Notes under the pieces: generated by a model
What the model was told of the DNA's origin: nothing
The model's input: the letters and a program-made list of their open reading frames with translations, nothing else
The model's database searches: none
Origin: Methanocellales archaeon
Lineage (GTDB): Archaea > Halobacteriota > UBA148
DNA length: 58,238 bases
Assembly: GCA_030019435.1 (NCBI GenBank)
Contig: JASEEV010000005.1
Location: 1-58,238, forward strand
Direction: 5' to 3'
In this document: one piece after another, positions 21,179 through 29,903 of the stretch
Layout of the letters: every line of letters begins with the position of its first letter
Position numbering within the stretch: position 1 is the stretch's first letter
Position numbers and translations under genes: made by a program

Positions 21179-21583
21179 TCACCCAAAATACTCCTCGTAG
21201 ACCTCCATCTGCACATCTCCCTTTATCATGTAGTGTTTCGATGATCTGTCACGGGATACCACATATCTTTCCACACGAAATCCCTTTTCCTTTATGATAT
21301 CGCCGATCGACTCCTCTTTGTCATGTATCAACTGCAAAAAACCAGGCGGGTTATCCATTGAAATGACGACCGTAGATGTGACCAGTGTTTTGCCGTCTAA
21401 GACGAAGCGTGACTCCCTGATGATCGTATCATCACACTCATATTGTCGGACCACCTCAAATTTGGCGTTTTTGAACCTCTCTCTCACAAATGCAGTTGTG
21501 GATTCATTTGATTCAATTAGGTCGGAGTACCATGTCATTTTACCGCTACCATACTGCCTGGAAAAGTATAAATAGTATTTCAT
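21179..21583 (-). CDS. chorismate pyruvate-lyase-like protein (DUF98 / Rv2949c-like fold)
   Basis: IIRESRFVLDGKTLVTSTVVISMDNPPGFLQLIHDKEESIGDIIKEKGFRVERYVV fits the pattern of this family as I recall it. The start is uncertain (21583 or 21538). The ORF-track start at 21727 overlaps the divergent gene. Confidence 0.45.
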   Translation of the reverse strand: MKYYLYFSRQYGSGKMTWYSDLIESNESTTAFVRERFKNAKFEVVRQYECDDTIIRESRFVLDGKTLVTSTVVISMDNPPGFLQLIHDKEESIGDIIKEKGFRVERYVVSRDRSSKHYMIKGDVQMEVYEEYFG

Positions 21584-21592
21584 GCACGCATA

Positions 21593-21787
21593 GTGATATT
21601 TATGGCATACGATGATTTTGAGGAGGGCTTTGAAGAGGAAGAAATCGTTGGAATATGTGACGAGTGCAGCGTCGAGGTGGACGAGGCAGACGAGGTGATA
21701 TGCCCAATGTGCGGTGCCATATATCATGAATGGTGCATAAAAAACGTTTGTAGCCGCTGTGGCACCACATTGGCAGAGCCTGAGTGA
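21593..21787 (+). CDS. small zinc-ribbon protein
   Basis: 64 aa with an acidic N-terminus and three CxxC pairs (CDEC, CPMC, CSRC). A likely start is MAYDD at 21602. Confidence 0.35.
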   Translation: MIFMAYDDFEEGFEEEEIVGICDECSVEVDEADEVICPMCGAIYHEWCIKNVCSRCGTTLAEPE

Positions 21788-21930
21788 ACTTAAACGAAAT
21801 AAGACCTTTCTGAACTTTTTTGAACAAAATAGAACTATTTGGCACTATTTTGGAAAAATAGGACTTTAAAAAGCTTTAAATGATCAGAAAACATATAAAA
21901 TACGTGGAAAGGTAAAAAGAGGCGATAAAA

Positions 21931-22689
21931 ATGAACAAAGTCCTGATAGCGCTAATCTCCGTGCTAATCGTCGGTGCAACCATGGTAGGTGCGCAAGGGG
22001 CTGAGAGGGAACTTCCGGTCGGCAAGGAGATCTCCGTGGCTGTACATGAGATTCTGATTCAGCACAGGGCGGATGTTGAGGACTTCATCTATGAGCATAA
22101 ATATGCCATGGCTGAGACGCAAGAGAAGAGGCTTAGGCTGATAGAGGAAAAGCAAGCAACTCTCAGGACCACGATTGATGAAGTGGAGGCAGAACGCCAA
22201 GCGTTGATCGTTGCGCATGGGAATGGCACGATCGGTGAGGATGCGTTCGTCGTTGCCATGAAAGAGCTGGGAGTGAAAGTGTCCATGTCAGCAAGATCCA
22301 GGGAAAAATTGGGACCACAGCTGGCTGAGTTAAACCAAGAGATGGCAGAAGATCTGAGAGCAAACGCCCAGGAACTGGCGAATAAAAATCAGGAGCTAGC
22401 GAATGAGATGGCTGAGTGTGGCAGAGCGATTGGAGAAAAAATGCGTGAGAGAGGGTATAAGCCCAGAGAGGATCTGCCCACTGAACCTGAAGAAGTGCCA
22501 GCAGCCACTCCAACGCCGACGCCAGTGCCAACAGCAACGCCAAGTCCATCTCCCACTCCAACACCGACTGGAGAACAGAAAAGGGAGAACGTAACTGGAG
22601 AATACAGATGGGTGAATGAAACGGCGATGCCGAGTCCTTCCCCATCACCTGAAAATGAAACCGAAATAAGAGGAGGTGAAAAGAAATGA
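21931..22689 (+). CDS. secreted coiled-coil protein with Pro/Thr-rich linker
   Basis: Signal peptide MNKVLIALISVLIVGATMVGAQG, a long charged helical region, a PTPTPVPTATPSPSPTPTPT linker, and a C-terminal NETEIRGGEKK. Confidence 0.6.
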   Translation: MNKVLIALISVLIVGATMVGAQGAERELPVGKEISVAVHEILIQHRADVEDFIYEHKYAMAETQEKRLRLIEEKQATLRTTIDEVEAERQALIVAHGNGTIGEDAFVVAMKELGVKVSMSARSREKLGPQLAELNQEMAEDLRANAQELANKNQELANEMAECGRAIGEKMRERGYKPREDLPTEPEEVPAATPTPTPVPTATPSPSPTPTPTGEQKRENVTGEYRWVNETAMPSPSPSPENETEIRGGEKK

Positions 22690-23801
22690 GAAAAGAATTG
22701 ATGGCAATTGGAATGGCGATCATGCTAGTCATGACGTTCATGCCAACGAGTGTTGCACAAGCGCCAGAATTACCTGATCCAGGCATAACTCCAGACAGTA
22801 CATTCTATGGGCTGGACGTGGCTCTTGACAGGATCAGCTTGCTGATAGCCAGCTTCAGGGGACCACAAGTTCATGCGCTGAAAGGTCTTGAGATAGCCCA
22901 AGAGAGATTGGCAGAAGCCAGAGCGATGGCAGAGCGAGGAAAATTCGAGGCGATGGCGAGAGCAGAGCAAGAGCATGGAAAAGCTCTAGGTAGGGTAAAA
23001 GCAGACATCAGGGCAATAGAACATGTCAATGCGACGAAAGAAGCAGAGCTAGAGGTCGAGCTAGAACGTGAGTGTGCAAAACACAGAGAAAGGGTCGAGG
23101 AATTCCGCAGCGAGCTGAAGGTCAAGATAGAGATCGAAGGCAATGTCACGCCAGAGCAGCAAGCTCTCATCGACTCCATACTAAGTAACCTAGAAGGTAG
23201 ACTCGGCGAGGTAGAAATTGAAATAAGAAACGAGAAGGCCAAGACGAAGGTTAAGATACAGCACCAAACGAACAAGAGCGAGGAAGAGATAAACATAGAG
23301 GTACGGGAAATCGAGAGAAGAAAAGGTCTGGTAAAGATGAGCGAGAGAGCACTTGAGCAGATCGAAGATGCCATGGAAGAGATCGCAAAAATGCAAGCCA
23401 TCGTAGAAGAAACAAATATCACAGAGCCGGCGGTTTTAGCTTTAATAGAGCAAGCACAAGCCAGGTTGGATCAAGCGCAAACCGCTTTTGAGCAAGGCAA
23501 CTATGGCGAAGCTTTCGGTCAGGCAGTAGCAGCAGAACGCCTTGCAGAGAATGCAGAATGGCGAATAGAAAAAATGGAGGAAATTGAAGAAATGCTCGAG
23601 AAAATCAGGGAAGAGATAGAGGAAAGGAGAGCTGAAACTGAAGAGAGAATGGAAGAGGTGGTCAGAGAAAGACTTAGAGAACGAGAGAGAGTTAGAGAGC
23701 AGGAGCAAACGGGCGAAACACCGACAGCAACTCCAACGCTAACACCAACTCCCTCTCCATCACCAACCGGTGCAAATGAGACAGAAGGCAGAGGTGGGTG
23801 A
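22686..23801 (+). CDS. secreted coiled-coil protein (DUF5667-like N-terminus) with Pro/Thr-rich linker
   Basis: ATGA overlap with the upstream paralog. Signal peptide, GITPDSTFYGLDVALDRISL, ~300 aa of E/K/R-rich helix, TPTATPTLTPTPSPSPT, and a C-terminal NETEGRGG. Confidence 0.6.
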   Translation: MRKELMAIGMAIMLVMTFMPTSVAQAPELPDPGITPDSTFYGLDVALDRISLLIASFRGPQVHALKGLEIAQERLAEARAMAERGKFEAMARAEQEHGKALGRVKADIRAIEHVNATKEAELEVELERECAKHRERVEEFRSELKVKIEIEGNVTPEQQALIDSILSNLEGRLGEVEIEIRNEKAKTKVKIQHQTNKSEEEINIEVREIERRKGLVKMSERALEQIEDAMEEIAKMQAIVEETNITEPAVLALIEQAQARLDQAQTAFEQGNYGEAFGQAVAAERLAENAEWRIEKMEEIEEMLEKIREEIEERRAETEERMEEVVRERLRERERVREQEQTGETPTATPTLTPTPSPSPTGANETEGRGG

Positions 23802-23991
23802 CCGGAAAGGTCACATGCTCGCACATCCGGTTCCCTCCTGTTACCTCAGGGGATGGGCATGATGATACCCTATCAGTCTCATCCTGCCACGGTGCATAGG
23901 GCATGTGACCTTTAAAAGAAGATACCCTACCTTTTTATACAACCCAAAAGTATTAATTCATCTCTCTCTAATTAACCGATGGGGACTGGGA

Positions 23992-24879
23992 ATGGTACGA
24001 AAGCGAACCTCTGTCTTGCTAATAGTCATGCTTTTCAGCGCCATGTTTTTTTCTGCCATACCCGCCTCCGCGCAGGAAACTGAGTACAAAACTACGTACA
24101 TGATAGATGTACGCATGGACGGATCTGCGACATGGACTATAGAACACAGGGTTCTGTTAAAGACCCAAGAGGATGTGGAGGCATTTGAAAATTATATTTC
24201 GCAGTTTGAGTCCCAGAAAAGTGGGTACATAGATGAGTTTGCGAGTGGGATGAGAAATGTGGTAGCAGAAGCTAATACCGCTACTGGACGAAGCATGTCA
24301 GCTCAAAATTTCGACGTACTCCTTGGTACGATGAGAACTGCGACTGGCACATACGGTATCATCAAGTACCAGTTCGACTGGATTGGCTTTGCTGAAATCA
24401 ATGAAGCCATCATGGTCGGAGATGTATTTGTTGGTGGCTTATATCTCTCCAAGGATGATGCGTTGATCATACGATATCCCACCAAATACAGAGTTGAGAC
24501 GATAATCCCAGAGCCAGATGCTACAAGGGGTAACGAGCTGGTCTGGTATGGGCTCAGGGACTTTGGCTCTGGTGAGCCTAGAGTCGTGCTGAAGCCCAAG
24601 CTGATCGTTTTTTCACCCATATGGATTGGTATCATAGTTCTCATCGTGATAGGCGCATTCATCTTGAGAAAGAAGCTCGCTCGGGAGGTTATGAAAACCG
24701 ATGAAGATCAAATCATCGAGCTGTTGAGAGAAGCAGGGGGGGCTATGTATCAATCCAGCATAGTAGAAAGGACTGGCTTCTCCAAGTCGAAGACCAGTGC
24801 TCTGTTAAATGCAATGAAACAGAAGGGCATCATCCAAAAGGTCAAAAAAGGGCGGGAGAACCTAATCCGATTATCTTAG
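23992..24879 (+). CDS. membrane-anchored protein with extracellular domain and C-terminal winged-helix DNA-binding domain
   Basis: Signal/TM sequence MVRKRTSVLLIVMLFSAMFFSAIPASAQ, a ~200-aa exported domain, a TM helix (IWIGIIVLIVIGAFIL), then a wHTH (EDQIIELLREAGGAMYQSSIVERTGFSKSKTSALLNAMKQKGIIQKVKKGRENLIRL). Confidence 0.6.
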   Translation: MVRKRTSVLLIVMLFSAMFFSAIPASAQETEYKTTYMIDVRMDGSATWTIEHRVLLKTQEDVEAFENYISQFESQKSGYIDEFASGMRNVVAEANTATGRSMSAQNFDVLLGTMRTATGTYGIIKYQFDWIGFAEINEAIMVGDVFVGGLYLSKDDALIIRYPTKYRVETIIPEPDATRGNELVWYGLRDFGSGEPRVVLKPKLIVFSPIWIGIIVLIVIGAFILRKKLAREVMKTDEDQIIELLREAGGAMYQSSIVERTGFSKSKTSALLNAMKQKGIIQKVKKGRENLIRLS

Positions 24880-26285
24880 AGTCTCACAAGGCATGCAAAT
24901 GTCTTTAGTTGGTGATATGCTAGGCCTGGTATGTGCCTTGGCTTTATGATCCCGCATTTTATGAAATCATAGGCCATCCTGAGATTATTTTTCATCGCCC
25001 CTGGTCTGAGATAGAACTCCTTGTATGCTTTTCTGTTCAACTCTCTTACTTCGTCCAAGGAGAGTTGTTGCGTCTCTATGATCGGGTTGGCAGTAGTATA
25101 CTTGCTCCAGTCCAACTCTTTGATCATGCCCATTTTTTGTGCTGTCTCATAGAACTTCGTTCCAGGATACGGGGCGGGTAAAAAGAATAGCGGGTATTCG
25201 GGATTTAACTCCTTCGCAAGCTCGATGCTCTCCTCCACATCCTCTTTGCTCTCTCCTGGTAATCCAAGAATGATGTTGGCTATTCTCAGCATGCCCAAGT
25301 CCTTTGACGTCTCCATGACTTCTCTGATCTCCTGGGTGCTGATGCTCTTCTTCATCGTAGCAATGGATTTGCTCGAGGTGGTCTCTATGCCATATGAGAG
25401 TATTCTACAACCAGCGTCTCTTAATTTTTTCAAGTGCTCCCTATCTATGTCCATGCTCGCGCTCTCATACCCCCATGTGATCTCCAATCCCCTTTCCATT
25501 ATTTCATCGCAGATACTCTCAGTCCTTTTCTTGTCCAGATCGAAGTTGTCGTCAAAGAACATGATCAGATCCAGATCATAGTTGTCGCACAAATATTCCA
25601 TCTCATCTACGACGTTTTCCGCACCTCTAGCTCGCCATTTTCTACCATAGATCGCTGGTACGCTGCAATAATGGCATCCATGTGGACATCCCCTGCTGGA
25701 GACGATTGTGCCCATCTTGAAGGCTCCAAAAAGTCGGTACTTATCCATCGGCAACAAGTGCCTTGCTGGATAAGGAAGCGAGTCCAGATCAGCGATCAAC
25801 GGTCTTGGAGGATTTCTGACGACATGTCCATTCTCTCGAAAAACCATTCCTCTTATCTCGGCAAGCTCTCCCGATTCCCATGCATGAATCAACTCTGGCA
25901 CGGTTATCTCGCCCTCTCCACATACCACGGCATCTAAGTTTGGATTTCTCGCCAAAACATCCTCTGCTAGCAGAGAAGCATGTGGACCACCCATCATCGT
26001 TCTAATATTGGCATCAACTTCTTTTGTCGCGTTGATAACTTGGTTGGCATAATCGACTCGATATGTCGCGCAATAAACTCCAAGCGCGCCAGGCTTAAAC
26101 ATCTCAATTTCTCTCTTGACTTTCGCTATGTCCTTTCTCTCAGCTGGCATATCGATGATCTTGACTTCGTGCTCTCTTTCCAGCATTGCAGCCACATAAG
26201 CCAATCCAATCGGTGGTGCAATCAATCCCAGAAATCGCTGGTAGATCTCCTCCTCGCATGGGGGGTGGATTAACAAGACCTTCAT
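24876..26285 (-). CDS. B12-binding domain radical SAM protein
   Basis: N-terminal cobalamin-binding-like domain (MKVLLIHPP...), radical SAM CxxxCxxC (SSRGCPHGCHYCSVP), ~470 aa. The substrate is not inferable. Confidence 0.75.
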   Translation of the reverse strand: MKVLLIHPPCEEEIYQRFLGLIAPPIGLAYVAAMLEREHEVKIIDMPAERKDIAKVKREIEMFKPGALGVYCATYRVDYANQVINATKEVDANIRTMMGGPHASLLAEDVLARNPNLDAVVCGEGEITVPELIHAWESGELAEIRGMVFRENGHVVRNPPRPLIADLDSLPYPARHLLPMDKYRLFGAFKMGTIVSSRGCPHGCHYCSVPAIYGRKWRARGAENVVDEMEYLCDNYDLDLIMFFDDNFDLDKKRTESICDEIMERGLEITWGYESASMDIDREHLKKLRDAGCRILSYGIETTSSKSIATMKKSISTQEIREVMETSKDLGMLRIANIILGLPGESKEDVEESIELAKELNPEYPLFFLPAPYPGTKFYETAQKMGMIKELDWSKYTTANPIIETQQLSLDEVRELNRKAYKEFYLRPGAMKNNLRMAYDFIKCGIIKPRHIPGLAYHQLKTFACLVRL

Positions 26286-26336
26286 GTTCTCTCCTAAACA
26301 TATATTCATAAGGTTAATAAATATTCTAAACGTTCG

Positions 26337-27383
26337 ATGATCACAATGGAGTCATTTGTGCCAAGGTTAGTTGCATGGGAGCTCACCAGCGCTTGTAATC
26401 TGGAATGTGTACACTGTCGCGCATCAGCCACAAAAGAACGTGATGAGAATGAGCTATCTACGGAGGAGGCAAAGCATCTCATCGATGATATAACGAGATT
26501 TGCCAAGCCGGTATTGATTCTCAGCGGTGGCGAGCCGTTGCTCAGGGAAGACGTATATGAGATTGCAGAGTATGGAACCGACAATGGGCTGAAGGTGGTC
26601 CTAGCGACAAACGGGGCGCTTCTAACCCCAGAAGTGGCTACCAAATTGAAAAAAGTAGGAGTACAGCGTGTTAGCGTCAGTTTAGACGGAGCAAGTGCGA
26701 AGACGCATGATGATTTTAGGGGTATGCCTGGTGCGTTCGAAGGCGCATTAAGTGGCATAAATGTGCTCAAAGATGCAGATCTAAGTTTTCAGATCAATAC
26801 GACCATCACGAAACGCAACCTAGATGAGGTGCCAAAAATCCTGGATTTGGCGCTGGAGTTGGGTGTGGATGCATTGCACATCTTTCTGCTCGTGCCTGTT
26901 GGTAGGGGAAAAGAGATCGAGGGAGATGAAATTCTGCCAGAGGAATATGAGCGCGTGCTAGGTTGGCTCTATGACATGCAAGGGAAAGTGTCCATACAGC
27001 TGAAAGCCACATGTGCTCCACATTACTTCAGGATCATGCACCAAAGGTCGGGGAGAATCGAAAAGACGAGCGGGCTTGCGATGATGACCAGGGGGTGTCT
27101 AGCTGGTACAGGATTCTGCTTTATCTCTAAAATAGGTGAGGTGTATCCCTGTGGTTACTTACCTGTGCTAGCGGGAAGTATCAGGGAGCAACCATTCGAA
27201 CAAATTTGGCGTCAATCAAGAGTTTTCAACGACCTGAGAGACTTTAGCAAATTAAAGGGCAAATGCGGCATCTGTGAATTCAAAAGGGTTTGTGGCGGCT
27301 GCAGAGCAAGGGCGTATGCTGCCACAGGTGATCATCTGGCAGAGGAGCCATGCTGTATATATCAACCGAGGAATTGGCTATGA
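26337..27383 (+). CDS. ahbD: radical SAM/SPASM heme-pathway enzyme, AhbD-like (Fe-coproporphyrin III to heme) - AhbC/AhbD assignment tentative
   Basis: LTSACNLECVHC radical SAM motif and a C-terminal Cys cluster (GKCGICEFKRVCGGCRARA...PCCIY). NirJ-like, 348 aa, directly coupled to ahbA. Confidence 0.6.
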   Translation: MITMESFVPRLVAWELTSACNLECVHCRASATKERDENELSTEEAKHLIDDITRFAKPVLILSGGEPLLREDVYEIAEYGTDNGLKVVLATNGALLTPEVATKLKKVGVQRVSVSLDGASAKTHDDFRGMPGAFEGALSGINVLKDADLSFQINTTITKRNLDEVPKILDLALELGVDALHIFLLVPVGRGKEIEGDEILPEEYERVLGWLYDMQGKVSIQLKATCAPHYFRIMHQRSGRIEKTSGLAMMTRGCLAGTGFCFISKIGEVYPCGYLPVLAGSIREQPFEQIWRQSRVFNDLRDFSKLKGKCGICEFKRVCGGCRARAYAATGDHLAEEPCCIYQPRNWL

Positions 27384-27829
27384 GGCTTGATTCCATCGAT
27401 AAGAATCTCCTGAATGTGTTGCAAGATGAGTTACCGCTCGTATCTCGCCCATTCGAGGAGTTGGGCAAGGGACTGGGAATCAGCGAAGAAGATGTCATAT
27501 CACGTGTCAAAAGACTTCTGGAAGAAGGCGTAATCAGGCGCATAGGCCCCATCATCGATATAAAGAAATTGGGTGGTGTGAGCACTTTAGTGGCGATGAG
27601 CGTGCCCTCCGAAAGGGTAGATGAAACAGCAGCCATGATCAATGAATATCCAGAGGTGACACATAACTATCTACGCTCCCACAGATACAATGTCTGGTTT
27701 ACCATCTCTGCATCTAGCAAAGAGCGGTTGGAAGAGATACTAGGGGAAATAAAAAAGCTTGGCTACGAGCTCATCGATCTTCCTGCAACAAAGATGTTCA
27801 AGATAAGGGTCAAATTCGATATGAAGTGA
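27380..27829 (+). CDS. ahbA: siroheme decarboxylase subunit AhbA (NirD/NirH-like, Lrp/AsnC fold)
   Basis: MRLDSIDKNLLNVLQDELPLVSRPFEELGKGLGISEEDVISRVKRLLEEGVIRR. ATGA overlap with the upstream gene. Confidence 0.75.
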   Translation: MRLDSIDKNLLNVLQDELPLVSRPFEELGKGLGISEEDVISRVKRLLEEGVIRRIGPIIDIKKLGGVSTLVAMSVPSERVDETAAMINEYPEVTHNYLRSHRYNVWFTISASSKERLEEILGEIKKLGYELIDLPATKMFKIRVKFDMK

Positions 27830-27833
27830 TCCC

Positions 27834-28295
27834 ATGGACGATATGGATGTAAAATTGCTCAAGCTCACGCAAGACGGAATTCCACTAACACCAAGACCGT
27901 TTGCTGATACTGCCAAGTCGCTGGGAATTTCGGAGGAGGAAGTCATAACCAGACTTAAAAAAATGATGAGTATGGGCATCATTCATAGGTTTGGCGCATC
28001 CATTGCGCATAGAGCGATTGGAATCATTGCAAACGCGATGTGCGTTTGGGATGTACCCTCAGAAAGAGTGGATGAAGTAGGAAGAATCATCGCATCTTTC
28101 GATGAGGTCACGCATTGCTATGAACGTTTGCGGTCCAATAAATGGAAATACAATGTATTTACAATGGTACATGGACATGATAAAGGGGAGTGCAGGGTCC
28201 TAGCAGAACGCATAGCTAAGGCGACTGGCATGTACGATTACGAGATTTTGTTTAGCGAACGAGAGCTCAAAAAGGCGGGTGTTCGAATTGAGTAA
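27834..28295 (+). CDS. ahbB: siroheme decarboxylase subunit AhbB
   Basis: Paralog of the preceding ORF (DVKLLKLTQDGIPLTPRPFADTAKSLGISEEEVITRLKKMMSMGIIHRF). Confidence 0.75.
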   Translation: MDDMDVKLLKLTQDGIPLTPRPFADTAKSLGISEEEVITRLKKMMSMGIIHRFGASIAHRAIGIIANAMCVWDVPSERVDEVGRIIASFDEVTHCYERLRSNKWKYNVFTMVHGHDKGECRVLAERIAKATGMYDYEILFSERELKKAGVRIE

Positions 28296-28923
28296 GCTGC
28301 TTCCATTGGTCATCGACCTTGAGAACAAAAAGATCGTCATATTTGGTGGTGGTGCAGTCGGCGAACGGAAGGCGAAGCTGTTCCAAGGTGCCGATCTTAC
28401 AGTGGTAAGTAAGGATTTCACATGTGCACTGCGTAGATTAAAAGACGAAGGTTGCATTAAATTGATTGAGAGCGATCTAGAGGACATAAAAATCGAGTCC
28501 ATCATCGAGGATGCATTTCTGGTCGTTCCTGCCACCGACGACTTGGCGTTGAACTCAAAGATCGCCGCAATGGCAAAGAGGCACAAGATACTGGTGAACT
28601 CTGTGGACAGAGTGGATGACATCATCGTTCCCTCTATCATCAAGCGAGGCGATATTACGATCGGCATCTCCACATTGGGGAAAAGCCCTGCAATGTCCAA
28701 GTTCATCAGAAAGAAATTAGAGCGCATCATCGATGAGAAATATGCCGACATGGTCAGGCTCCAGGGCGAGATTAGGGCATTATTGAAGCAGCAAGTCAGG
28801 GATCCTAAGCTCAGAAAAAGAATTCTATGGGATATTCTATCCGATGAGGAGATATGGCAGAGCTTGGATGACTATGAGAAAGCTCGTAGCATGGCAATAT
28901 CCAAATGGAGTGACACGGGTTGA
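28279..28923 (+). CDS. sirC: precorrin-2 dehydrogenase / sirohydrochlorin ferrochelatase (CysG N-terminal / Met8-like)
   Basis: NAD-binding KKIVIFGGGAVGERKAKLF, 214 aa, GTG start overlapping the ahbB end. Confidence 0.75.
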   Translation: MFELSKLLPLVIDLENKKIVIFGGGAVGERKAKLFQGADLTVVSKDFTCALRRLKDEGCIKLIESDLEDIKIESIIEDAFLVVPATDDLALNSKIAAMAKRHKILVNSVDRVDDIIVPSIIKRGDITIGISTLGKSPAMSKFIRKKLERIIDEKYADMVRLQGEIRALLKQQVRDPKLRKRILWDILSDEEIWQSLDDYEKARSMAISKWSDTG

Positions 28924-29903
28924 ATGTGATTGAGACAGATGGTCTGACAAAGGTTTTTGGCGATCTGGTTGCGGTGGATCACGCCAGCATCTCGGTCGAG
29001 AAAGGAGAGCTTTTCGGTCTGCTTGGGCCCAACGGCGCTGGCAAGACCACGCTCATAAGCATGTTATCAACGACACTTCCTCCTACCAGCGGCGTTGCAA
29101 GGGTATACGGCTTTGATGTCTTGCGAGAACCCTCATCCGTCAGAGCATCCATTGGTGTAGTGTTCCAAGAGCACTCGCTGGATGATAGGTTGACTGCCCG
29201 TGAAAACCTTGATCTTCATGGAAGACTTTATGGGATGGAAAAAGCTCTCAGGAGAAAAAGGATGGATGAGGTGTTGGAGTTGGTGGAGCTCAGCGATCGA
29301 GCCAACGACCTTGTGAAAACCTATTCTGGGGGAATGATGCGTCGCCTAGAGATAGCGAGGGGACTGATGCACCATCCCAAGGTTCTGTTCTTGGACGAGC
29401 CAACGCTTGGTCTGGATCCTCAGACAAGGGTGCATATCTGGGACTACATCAAGAAGTTGAATGAGGAGGGCGTTACGATGATTCTGACCACCCATTACAT
29501 GGACGAAGCAGACCATCTTTGCGATAGGATTGCGATCATCGATCATGGCAACATAGTGGCATTGGACACTCCAGAAAATCTAAAGGCCAAGATAAGGGGG
29601 GACATCATCTCGCTGGAGGTAGGCGATGGGCACCAAATGGAACCCCTCAAGCAAAGCATGATAAAAGAGGACTTCGTGAGGGACGTAAGTCTGAGAAATA
29701 ACACCTTGCGATTGACCGTACAAAATGGAGAGCGCTCAATCCCCCCCATCCTAAGCATTGCCGCCCAATCTGGGATCAAGATTCAGTCTGTCAGCCTCAG
29801 AAAGCCTACCCTGGATGACGTGTTCATACATCACACTGGAAGGGCGATCAGAGAGGAGTCTGCCAGCCTGATGGACAGGATCAAGCGAAGGAGGAGACGA
29901 TGA
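28920..29903 (+). CDS. ABC transporter ATP-binding protein (ABC-2/DrrA-type)
   Basis: Walker A GPNGAGKTT, signature YSGGMMRRL, Walker B LFLDEPTLGLD, plus a C-terminal accessory domain. Confidence 0.88.
   Translation: MNVIETDGLTKVFGDLVAVDHASISVEKGELFGLLGPNGAGKTTLISMLSTTLPPTSGVARVYGFDVLREPSSVRASIGVVFQEHSLDDRLTARENLDLHGRLYGMEKALRRKRMDEVLELVELSDRANDLVKTYSGGMMRRLEIARGLMHHPKVLFLDEPTLGLDPQTRVHIWDYIKKLNEEGVTMILTTHYMDEADHLCDRIAIIDHGNIVALDTPENLKAKIRGDIISLEVGDGHQMEPLKQSMIKEDFVRDVSLRNNTLRLTVQNGERSIPPILSIAAQSGIKIQSVSLRKPTLDDVFIHHTGRAIREESASLMDRIKRRRRR

Noticed and set aside
22480-22600. Repetitive CCAACRCCRAC-type DNA, also present at 23710-23770, could be mistaken for tandem repeats or a mini-array.
   Set aside because: It is in-frame coding sequence for Pro/Thr/Ser linkers (PTPTPVPTATPSPSPTPTPT) in two secreted proteins. 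It is low-complexity coding sequence, not a DNA-level element.
23692-23904. A 70-aa minus-strand ORF and the GTG-started 5' extension of ORF 23905..24879 both fall in the intergenic region.
   Set aside because: Both run through the inverted-repeat element. The downstream protein has a clear signal peptide starting at the ATG at 23992.
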